This document shows positions 54,249 through 62,068 of a DNA stretch of 64,000 bases, in pieces (position 1 is the first letter of the stretch; the number at the start of each line of letters is the position of its first letter). This stretch comes from a virus. The stretch lies in the IMG/VR virus record IMGVR_UViG_3300021406_000010, positions 32,001-96,000 of that record, one strand, 5' to 3'. The translations under genes and the position numbers were made by a program. Below the pieces are notes generated by a model. That model did not search any database. It was given only the letters and a program-made list of their open reading frames with translations, and was not told where the DNA came from.

Positions 54249-55661
54249 GTCGTGCTCCTCTGATGGTGACGGGGGCGGCGGGCGGTCACCGCCCGGTCCG
54301 TGCCCGGGGTCAGGCCGGGCCCTCCTGGACTCGTAGGTGACCTCCGGCCCGGGGTCATCCACTGGCGATGTTAGCAAGGAAAGCCTCATCCCGCGAACAA
54401 GCCGGAACAGCCGGCGCAGGCGGTGCTTCCACCTGCGGTACAGGCGCCCGACCAGCCGGACCAGCCGGAAGTCCCCGTTCCCGCCGGCCCGCCAGGTCAT
54501 CAGCTCCGGGTCCGGGCGCGGCGGCGAGGGCCGGAACCGGAGCCTCGGGCACGGGATGGCGCCCCGCCGGCGCCACGACCACCGCAGCCCGCGAGCGCCT
54601 CCCCGGGCGGCACCGCGAGCCGCCGTCCAGGGCAGCCTGCGCCACCGCACCCTCGCCGCCCCCCTCCTGGCCCAGTAGAGCGGGGACAGCGGGGGGACCC
54701 ACCCCAGGCCGCGCGGGCGCGGCGGGCGGCCGGGCATGCCACCCCGGCCGCCAGGCGGGCGGAACGCCGCCCCGGAGCGGGAGGCGCCCCGGGACCGGGC
54801 GCCGCCAGCCCGGGGCACGCCGCCTGGGCGGCGCCCGGTCCCGCCGGGATGGCGGCTCCCCCCGCCGGGGATGCCCCGGGACCGCCCGGCCGCCATCCCC
54901 GGGAGGCGGAATGACGACGGGCGGGACCCTCCGGGCATCCTGCCCCGCGCCGGGGCGCCCCAGCCGGGCACCCCGGAGAGGCGCGCCCCGCGAGCGGAAC
55001 CGCGCGAGGGACTCGCCCCGGCGCGGGGACGCGCGCCCCCCGGCCAGGGCAGGTGCATGCCCCACGGGCGCAGGCTTCCCGCGCGAAACGGGTGCGCACT
55101 CCCCGTGCGGAATGAGTGGCCGCCTCCTGCACGGGAGAGCGCCGCGCCCCCTGTGCGGAAGAAACGTGCACCCCCCGCACGGGAAGAGGCCGCACCCCCT
55201 GTGCGCACCCCCCTGTGCGCACCCCCGTGCGCGGCGCTACCCCCCGGGGGTAGCGCGCCCCCCGGGCCGCGCCGGCGCGAGCTGCCCGCACCCCCGGAGA
55301 ACCGCGCCGGCGCGCTCTGGGCGGCCATGCGCAGCCAGGGCACGCGCCGCGCGATGCGGGGCGCGCCGCTCATCAGCGCACGCGCCAGCGAAGCGCCCCC
55401 CTGGCGCACCCCCCGGGGGCCGCGCCGGCGCGGCATGCCGCCGCCTCGCCAGTTCCGGGGGTGCAGCCGGCGCAGTACCGCGCCGGCGCGGCGCAGCCTG
55501 CGCCGCACGTGCCGCAGGACGCGGGGCGACACCGCGACGCCGCCGCCCGCTGCCAGGCCAGCCCCCCAGCCGGCCAGCCGCGCGGTGCCTGCCGCCGCCA
55601 GGATGGCCAGGAAGACCACGATGGCGGCCCTCCTGGCCCGGACGGCGTCCCACTTACCCAC
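54249..55661 (-). CDS. Membrane-anchored Arg/Gly-rich protein of the transfer module
   Basis: N-terminal TM segments then low-complexity R/G; reads through in frame into 54248. Confidence 0.45.
55085..55415 (+). repeat. GCACCCCC(T/C)GTGC-type repeat cluster
   Basis: e.g. CGCACCCCCTGTGCGCACCCCCCTGTGCGCACCCCCGTGCGC at about 55191-55232. Confidence 0.6.
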
Positions 55662-56769
55662 GAGCGCCCGCTCCTCCCGGGAGCTGGCCGGCCGGGGCGG
55701 CGATCAGCCCTGGCTGGCGTCCTGCCCTGGCCAGCCGGGGAGTGGCCCGGCGCTCTTCCAGCAGCGTCCGCGCGACGCGGCGCCGGTCCCTCCCCGTCGG
55801 GTCCAGCTCCCGGGACAGCTGGTTGATGGACGGCAGCCTGGATTCGGGCAGCCCGGCCAGGCGCTGCCGGGCCCCCTCAATGACCTCCTCCGCAAGGGCG
55901 GGAGCAGTCATGGACGGCACGGCGTGCAGGGTCGCGGAGCCGCGCACGACCTGGGGGTGCACAGGCGGCGCGCTCTCTTCCTGCACAGGGGGTGCGCCGT
56001 CCCCGTGCACAGGGAGTGCGCTCTCCTTGGCGCGGGGGGTGCGAACGGGGGGTGCGGCCTCCTCCTGCGCGGGGTGCACAGGGGGTGCGCCATCGGGCAG
56101 CGCGGGGGGTGCGGCGCTCGCCTGCACAGGGGGTGCGGGGATCTCGCGCACGGGAGGCGCGCTGTGCACCGTGCGCAGGGCGCGCGCACGGCCGGCGCGG
56201 CGCTCGTCGACCCAGGCGATCGCGCGGGCGGGGCTGCTCTCCCCGACCCAGGCGGCATGGGAGGTAGCGCGCAGCGAGAGCAGCGGGTGCCACATCCAGC
56301 GCGCCGGGCCAAGCCGCACGGCGTGCTCCTCGACCAGGCCGAGCTCCATCAGGCGGTCGCGGCTGACACGCCGGGAGTGGATGCCCCATAGCCAGGGGGA
56401 TAGGGCGCTCATCATGAGCATCCCGACCGCCATCACGGTCGGGCGCCAGTGCACGGCGGCGAAGTGGCTGTAGTTCATTGCGCCTATGACCAGGCCGAAC
56501 GCGTAGCTGGCCAGCCGCAGCCGCATCGAGGAGTCGTTCTTCATCTGCGCCGCGTGGGCGTGAAAGGCCAGGTAGACGGCGATGGACTCCAGGGCCAGGG
56601 CGACGAGGACCTGGCCCCCGACCGGCCAGGGCACGTGCTGGCGCAGGTAGGCGAGCTGCCCGATGAACGCCGTGGCGTTCACCAGCACGACGGGAACGGC
56701 GGCGGTGACGGCCAGCGCGCGGCTGCCAGCGGGCGCGGCCGGGCGATCCGCCAGTCCGGTAGGTGTCAC
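55654..56769 (-). CDS. SpdB/DUF2637-like multi-pass membrane spread protein
   Basis: Four TM segments, then APPV[HQR] repeats and a C-terminal HTH-like PSINQLSREL; divergent from traB-like gene. Confidence 0.6.
   Translation of the reverse strand: MTPTGLADRPAAPAGSRALAVTAAVPVVLVNATAFIGQLAYLRQHVPWPVGGQVLVALALESIAVYLAFHAHAAQMKNDSSMRLRLASYAFGLVIGAMNYSHFAAVHWRPTVMAVGMLMMSALSPWLWGIHSRRVSRDRLMELGLVEEHAVRLGPARWMWHPLLSLRATSHAAWVGESSPARAIAWVDERRAGRARALRTVHSAPPVREIPAPPVQASAAPPALPDGAPPVHPAQEEAAPPVRTPRAKESALPVHGDGAPPVQEESAPPVHPQVVRGSATLHAVPSMTAPALAEEVIEGARQRLAGLPESRLPSINQLSRELDPTGRDRRRVARTLLEERRATPRLARAGRQPGLIAAPAGQLPGGAGARG
55950..56165 (-). repeat. GCACAGGGGGTGC-type repeat cluster (inverted relative to 55085-55415)
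   Basis: About 9 degenerate copies. Confidence 0.6.
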
Positions 56770-56803
56770 GGGGAGCCTCCTCGGGGGAGCGGTAAGTTGC
56801 CCT

Positions 56804-56826
56804 ACAATACCAAGAAAGCCTGTATT
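56804..56826 (-). promoter_or_regulatory. Conserved promoter/operator motif copy
   Basis: AATACAGGCTTTCTTGGTATTGT upstream of the spd-like gene. Confidence 0.7.
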
Positions 56827-56902
56827 CGGTACACTGGCCCTGGGGGGCCGTGGGTGACGGCAGGGTCACACGTCACACTTTTCGCCCCCTGGCCTGCGGA
56901 AA

Positions 56903-56975
56903 CGTGAAGTGTGACCCTCGCGGGGTGTGATCCTGGCATGGCAAGGATCATTGCCCGCGAGGGTCACACTTCACG
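56903..56975. repeat. Perfect 22-bp inverted repeat with nested inner stem
   Basis: CGTGAAGTGTGACCCTCGCGGG (56903-56924) / CCCGCGAGGGTCACACTTCACG (56954-56975); inner TGATCCT/AGGATCA. Confidence 0.85.
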
Positions 56976-57025
56976 GCCCGCAACTCACACTCCGCTGGCA
57001 AGGAAAGCTAACATTGGAACTCGTG

Positions 57026-59086
57026 ATGGATCACATGGATCACAGTGCGCGCGTGCGGGTCGTCACCTCCCGCGCGGACCCGGGCGCGGGACAGCCCGTC
57101 GCGGCAATGACGCCGCCCGGCGCCGCGCCGCCGCACAGGGCGAGGGCATGGGCGCACGCGGCCGAGACCGCCTTCGCCGCCGCGCTGGCCGTCACCGCCG
57201 CCACGGTCATCGCGCCGCGCGCCGGGGCCCCCGGCTGGGCGGTCCCGCTGGTCTCCGAGCTGACCGGTCTCGTCATCGCGGTCATCGCGCGCAGCCAGCG
57301 GCGCAGCGCGCTGGCAGGCTGCTGCGCCGCGATGGGAACGTTCCTCGCCACGTGGGGAGGTCTGGCCGGAGCCGACCCGTGGCGGTCCCCGCTGCTGATC
57401 GCCTGGCTGGCCGGGATGGCGGTCCTGGTGCCCGCCGTCGCCAGCGTCGCCCGCCGCCGGGACCGCGACCCGGAGCCGGCCATCACGCCGCCCACCCCGG
57501 AGGACGAGCACGACGCCGAGATGCGCAAGTTCGAAGCCATGCTCGCCGACCACGGGTGCGAGGTCCGGGTGCTCACCCTGTCCGAGGGACGGGCAGGGCG
57601 GGTGCTGCAGCTGGAGCTGCCCCTGTCGGGGAAGGTGACCCTGGGCCACCTGGAGTCGATCGCCGTCAACATCGGCGTCAGCCTGCGGCTGCGCCACGGG
57701 GCGGTCGAGTTCGCGGCGGGCGCCCACTCCGGCCTGGTGACCATGAGGCTCCGGGAGCGCAACGTCCTCGCCGAGGTCCCCGTGCTGACGCCCGAGCTGC
57801 GGGCCAGGACGGTGAACAGGCCCTTCGCCGTCGGCATCAGGGAGGACGGCCCGCCGCACTGCATCACGGTGCGGGAGCTGAACTGGCTCGTCGTCGGGAC
57901 CCTGGGGGCAGGCAAGTCGACGTTCCTCAACACGGTCATCCTCCAGCTGGCGTCCTGCCCGGACGCGGTCCTGTGGGGCATCGACCTGAAGGGCGGCCGG
58001 ACGATGAGGGCCTGGCTGCAGGCGTGGGCCGAGGGGAAGGCCCCCTTCCCGGCGCTCGACTGGATCGCCACCACCCGGGCGGAGGCGAACCTCATGACCA
58101 TCGCCTTCGAAGCAGTCTGCAACGCCCGGATGAACAGCGGCCGTGGCGGCAGCAAGATAGCCCCGAACCGCAACATGCCGCAGGTCGTGCTGTTCAACGA
58201 GGAGGCATCCTACCTGTACTCGACCGACCGGGGGACCCGCAAGGAGCTGATCATGGAGCTGGGCGAGGAGGAGGGCGCGAAGGCCACGTCGAACACGGAA
58301 TTCATCGCGCGGGCCAAGCGCACCAACCCGGGAACCCGGTCGGAGGCGGCGACCTACTTCTGGGCCACCCAGCGGGGGACCGCGTCGATGGGCGGCAGCG
58401 CCGACCTCAAGGCCCTCACCCGGGGCCGGGTCGCCCTCGGCGTGACCACTGAGGGCGAGCTGCAGCACGTCATCCCGGGAGTGCGGGCCGGCCGCAAGAC
58501 GCTGGTGGCGCTGGGCGCCCCCGGGGTGGGGATGACCGCCGTCGGCACCGACAGCAGCGGCCTGGTGAAGTTCTTCCCCACCGACCACGTCGCTGGACAG
58601 TGCAGCGAGAACGGCAACGACGGCTGCGTCCCCGCCTGTCCCATCTACGCGGCCAGCATCGAGGTCGGCCCGGTCCGCCCCCCGCTGGACGAGGTTACGG
58701 CCGCCGGGGTGGAGGAAGCGCTGGCCGCCGCCGGGCACCCGGGCGCGTACGCCCGCCGCTGGGACCGGGCCGCCGCGATCCTCGGCCCGATGGCCGCCGG
58801 CCGGAGCGAGTCGCCCGGGAGCGCGGACAGGGCGCGCGAGGTGGCCAGCCGGGCCCCGGAGCGGGTGCACCCGGCCAGGATCCGGGCCCGGAACATCCTC
58901 GCCTCCCGGGGGGTGGAAGGCGGGACCACCAAGTACCTGATGGACCGGATCAGGGACGAGGGCATCCCGCTGGTAGAGCGCGAGACCTTCCAGCGGTGGC
59001 TCGCCGCCGATGACGAGGCGGGCATCATCCACCACGCGAGGTTCAACCGGTGGGTGACCGGCCCGGCACCGGAGAAGAAGGACTAG
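57026..59086 (+). CDS. FtsK/SpoIIIE-family TraB-like conjugative DNA translocase
   Basis: N-terminal TM helices; GTLGAGKS Walker A; IDLKGGR; VVLFNEE Walker B-like; ATQRGT; C-terminal wHTH-like tail. Confidence 0.8.
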   Translation: MDHMDHSARVRVVTSRADPGAGQPVAAMTPPGAAPPHRARAWAHAAETAFAAALAVTAATVIAPRAGAPGWAVPLVSELTGLVIAVIARSQRRSALAGCCAAMGTFLATWGGLAGADPWRSPLLIAWLAGMAVLVPAVASVARRRDRDPEPAITPPTPEDEHDAEMRKFEAMLADHGCEVRVLTLSEGRAGRVLQLELPLSGKVTLGHLESIAVNIGVSLRLRHGAVEFAAGAHSGLVTMRLRERNVLAEVPVLTPELRARTVNRPFAVGIREDGPPHCITVRELNWLVVGTLGAGKSTFLNTVILQLASCPDAVLWGIDLKGGRTMRAWLQAWAEGKAPFPALDWIATTRAEANLMTIAFEAVCNARMNSGRGGSKIAPNRNMPQVVLFNEEASYLYSTDRGTRKELIMELGEEEGAKATSNTEFIARAKRTNPGTRSEAATYFWATQRGTASMGGSADLKALTRGRVALGVTTEGELQHVIPGVRAGRKTLVALGAPGVGMTAVGTDSSGLVKFFPTDHVAGQCSENGNDGCVPACPIYAASIEVGPVRPPLDEVTAAGVEEALAAAGHPGAYARRWDRAAAILGPMAAGRSESPGSADRAREVASRAPERVHPARIRARNILASRGVEGGTTKYLMDRIRDEGIPLVERETFQRWLAADDEAGIIHHARFNRWVTGPAPEKKD

Positions 59087-59754
59087 GACGGCGGCGGGAC
59101 CGCCGCCGCGACGGCCCGGTCAACGTCATCCTCGAGGGGGCCGCGCTCTTCCTCCCCCGCCACCAGCTGGCCGGTCAGGTCATGGATGGCGGAAAGCCGC
59201 CGCAGGGTGTCGGCGTGCCGGCCCGCGATGGCCTCCAGGCGGCGCCCGGCGACCTCGCTGACCGCCGTGGCGCGGGCGGTCGCCTCGTCGGTCACCCTCT
59301 TCGCCTCCTCGCGGGCGCCGGCGAGCACCACGTCCGCCTGCTGCCGCGCCCCGGCCGTAAGGGAGTCCGCCTCCCGGGCGGCCTCCGTGACCGACTGGCG
59401 GCCCCGGGCGGTGGCGTCCGCGAGGATCTTCTCCGCGTCGGCGAGCGCGGCTGCCCGGTTGCCCTCGATCTCGGCCGCCGCTGTCCGCAGCACGTCCTCG
59501 ATCAGCTGCTGGCCCTGAGGGCTCTCCGCTCCCCGCAGGAGGGCTCCCCCCGCCTCCCTGACGGCCCTGGCGGCCCGCTCCTCGGCGGCCCGGACCCTTT
59601 CCAGCAGTGCCAGGATGACGCGGTCCACCTGGCCGGGATGATAGCCGTCGGGAACCCGGTCGAAGCGGCGCGGGTCGGGGGCGAGCGCGCCCGGCGGGGG
59701 AGCCGCCGGCTGGGGGCCTGTCCGGCCTTGCCTGGGAGCGGGGGGAGTGGCCAA
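59083..59754 (-). CDS. DivIVA-domain coiled-coil protein
   Basis: RRFDRVPDGYHPGQVDRVI matches the DivIVA F..GY...VD motif; long Ala/Glu/Arg coiled coil. Confidence 0.65.
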   Translation of the reverse strand: MATPPAPRQGRTGPQPAAPPPGALAPDPRRFDRVPDGYHPGQVDRVILALLERVRAAEERAARAVREAGGALLRGAESPQGQQLIEDVLRTAAAEIEGNRAAALADAEKILADATARGRQSVTEAAREADSLTAGARQQADVVLAGAREEAKRVTDEATARATAVSEVAGRRLEAIAGRHADTLRRLSAIHDLTGQLVAGEEERGPLEDDVDRAVAAAVPPPS

Positions 59755-59955
59755 CGGGTCCTCCTGATAACGGCCCGCTGTACGTCCCGGGCTCTATCGC
59801 CGGGACCGTCACCAGCGGCCCCGGGACGACGGGGCCGCGAGGGGCGGGGGTGCTGCACTGCACCCTACCGGGGAACACCAGGATCCGCTGGGCTTGCGTG
59901 AAGCAGGCAAGGACGGGACTGGCGGCGAGGGCCGCCGACGCCAGCTGGACGGCCA

Positions 59956-60213
59956 TCAGGACGTCATCAGGCTCCCCGTCGCGACCTGCGCGGCGGTCAG
60001 CGTGTACGTCAGGTCGGCGAGGCCGTAGTCAGTGCTGCCTGACGGGACGTTCGCCAGTCCCCGGGCCACCTGGCACTGAGCGTGGCTCCCGAGCAGGTCG
60101 AACCCGGCCATGGTGACGGTGAGGGGGCCGATCACGACGGTGGAGCCGTTGGCGGTCAGGGTGGAGGAGGACGCGTTGCCGGCGTAGCTGAGGTTAGTCG
60201 GGGACTCGGCCAT
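59956..60213 (-). CDS. Hypothetical (possible virion) protein
   Basis: 85 aa Thr/Ser/Gly-rich; GGAAGGAG RBS. Confidence 0.55.
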   Translation of the reverse strand: MAESPTNLSYAGNASSSTLTANGSTVVIGPLTVTMAGFDLLGSHAQCQVARGLANVPSGSTDYGLADLTYTLTAAQVATGSLMTS

Positions 60214-60227
60214 TCAGGCTCCTTCCG

Positions 60228-60488
60228 TCACGCCTTCCGGGGCAGGCCGTAGCGCTCCCTCACCGCCTGGTACTCCGGGGTGCCGATATACCAGGCGACC
60301 ACCTCACTGGCCACGTCTCCCTCGTCGCGCCCGGTCAGGAGGATGTAGGCCTGCTTCAGCCCGTCGTACCTGCCCACAGCCTGAGCGCTCCTGTCGGGGT
60401 CGGATCCGTATGGCTCGGCGTCCATAGCCGCGTAGGCGGCCTTCAGCTCCCGCATCAGTGCCACGGCTGCGCTCTTCCTCGTCCTCAT
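60228..60488 (-). CDS. Hypothetical protein, leaderless
   Basis: ATG 6 nt after TATCGT. Confidence 0.65.
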   Translation of the reverse strand: MRTRKSAAVALMRELKAAYAAMDAEPYGSDPDRSAQAVGRYDGLKQAYILLTGRDEGDVASEVVAWYIGTPEYQAVRERYGLPRKA

Positions 60489-60494
60489 GGCAGC

Positions 60495-60517
60495 ACGATA
60501 TCAAGAAAGCCTGTATT
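60495..60517 (-). promoter_or_regulatory. Conserved promoter/operator motif copy
   Basis: AATACAGGCTTTCTTGATATCGT. Confidence 0.72.
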
Positions 60518-60529
60518 GAGATAGCCTGG

Positions 60530-61354
60530 TCAAGAGACGGGGTCCGCGATCGGGACCGCGACCACGTCGTGCGAGCCGCAGGTGCGGCACTGGAAGACCG
60601 CTCCGCTGCCGTGGTTCCCCTGCCGGAGCTGCAGGTTCGACAGGCTGTTGTCGTGCTTCTTCCTGTTGTCCTTGTGGTGAACCGTTTCGTAGTCAGTAAG
60701 CGGGCGGCCAAGGGCCTTGGCCATCACCAGGCGGTGCTGCATCACGTAGCCGTTGACGCCCGGCGGGCACAGCAGGGCTTCCTCCGGCGAGGGCATGACC
60801 ATGGTGTATCCCTCGACGATCCTGATCCCTCCCTTCCAGTTGTGGTGGTCCTCCCTGGCCCTGTACCGGTTTGACCTGGTGTCCACCCCGGCTCGCCGCA
60901 GGGTCCCCCTGATCGTGATCGGGTTACCGCCGTGCTTCCTGGCTAGTTCGGCTAGGGAGGTCCCGGCCTTGAACTCCTCTGCCAAGACAGCAGTCTGCTC
61001 CTCGGTAAAGCGGTGGTGCTTGCCTCCCAGGCGGGGCGTGATCCCGGCCTCGCGCAGCACCAGGGAGACGGTGGTGTCCCTGGCGTGGACCAGGGCGGCG
61101 GTGTTCTTGACGCTAGTGCCCTCGTGCCAGAGCCGGATGATCTCGGCCCGGTTCTCCGGGGTGTCGTGCCAGTTGTACTCGGCACTGGGACGGCCCCGGC
61201 GTTCGATTCCCAGGCGCTTGAGGGCTGCGATGACCGGCACGGGAGAGGTCCCGTAAATGTCGGCGACCTGCTGAAGCGTCTTGCCGGCCTGATAGTGGCA
61301 GGCAATCTCGGCGTCCTGCTCGGGTGTGAAGAGTGGTTTTTTCCCTCTTGGCAT
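60530..61354 (-). CDS. HNH homing endonuclease with three N-terminal HTH repeats
   Basis: G.[TS]L..[VL]A repeats; HHNWKGG; GYVMQHRLVMAKALGRPL...ETVHHKD...DN...NLQL. Confidence 0.85.
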   Translation of the reverse strand: MPRGKKPLFTPEQDAEIACHYQAGKTLQQVADIYGTSPVPVIAALKRLGIERRGRPSAEYNWHDTPENRAEIIRLWHEGTSVKNTAALVHARDTTVSLVLREAGITPRLGGKHHRFTEEQTAVLAEEFKAGTSLAELARKHGGNPITIRGTLRRAGVDTRSNRYRAREDHHNWKGGIRIVEGYTMVMPSPEEALLCPPGVNGYVMQHRLVMAKALGRPLTDYETVHHKDNRKKHDNSLSNLQLRQGNHGSGAVFQCRTCGSHDVVAVPIADPVS

Positions 61355-61485
61355 GCCTTAACTATATTAAGACGACACTATCGCTGTCAGGGAGAATCGC
61401 CTCGAACTTACAGCTTTAACTGCCCCTGACGGATCGCCCGAACTAGGACAATCACATCCGAAGCGTATGTAGTCGACTATACTCT

Positions 61486-61878
61486 TTAGGCTGCGAGCGT
61501 GAGCGACCCGCTGGCGATCGTGAAGGTGTCGCCGGAGTTCGTCGTTTTGGCCGCCGTCAGCGGCCCCCACCACAGCCGTACCGGGGTTCCCGAGGCATCC
61601 CACAGCTCGATCCCGTTGATGGTGGTGGCGGGCATGTTGGTGACCGTCACCGCGACGTTGGAGGCCTTGGAGCCAGCCGAGGCCGCCGCGAACGTGACGG
61701 TCGGGGCGCCCGTCCCGGCGGTGTAGCCGCCGGAGGTGGCCAGCTCGGTGCCGTTGGCGGTGTTGGTGCCGTTGGCGGTCATCAGGCGGCAGGTGAGCGG
61801 CGTCACCGGCGGGGTGAACGAGCCGCCGCAGCTGGCGTCCAGCAGCCTGTTGGAGAAGGTCTGGTCAAGGCTAGACAC
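61486..61878 (-). CDS. Minor tail / tail-fibre-type structural protein
   Basis: EL..SGGY...VTFAAAS.G...SN...LWDA...WWGPL...KT.NSGDTFTI..GSLT. Confidence 0.65.
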   Translation of the reverse strand: MSSLDQTFSNRLLDASCGGSFTPPVTPLTCRLMTANGTNTANGTELATSGGYTAGTGAPTVTFAAASAGSKASNVAVTVTNMPATTINGIELWDASGTPVRLWWGPLTAAKTTNSGDTFTIASGSLTLAA

Positions 61879-62068
61879 CGGACTGTGCTCCCGTCATCGC
61901 GTCGCAGGTCCCGTCGGGGCACCCGGCCGCCGCGCAGCAGGCGAAGTGGCGGCCGACCGTCACCAGCCCGTCGTCGCCGGGCACCACCACCTGGTGGTGC
62001 GGCTGGTCGTCCACCTGGTGGCAGCCGTCGCACTCGCGCAGCTCCCGGGGCGGCTCCGGGGCGGTCAT
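61871..62068 (-). CDS. Small Cys-rich protein
   Basis: CDGCHQVDDQPHH...HFACC...GCPDGTC. Confidence 0.6.
   Translation of the reverse strand: MTAPEPPRELRECDGCHQVDDQPHHQVVVPGDDGLVTVGRHFACCAAAGCPDGTCDAMTGAQSGV

Noticed and set aside
55085-56165. Possible CRISPR array
   Set aside because: Repeats are short, degenerate, irregularly spaced and intragenic; the Cas4-like gene is a stand-alone phage nuclease
54368-56473. 701-aa and 551-aa Arg/Pro/Ala-rich + strand ORFs
   Set aside because: Low-complexity shadows over the transfer genes
61380-61460. tRNA gene (GTTCG motifs)
   Set aside because: Could not build a cloverleaf with acceptor and anticodon stems
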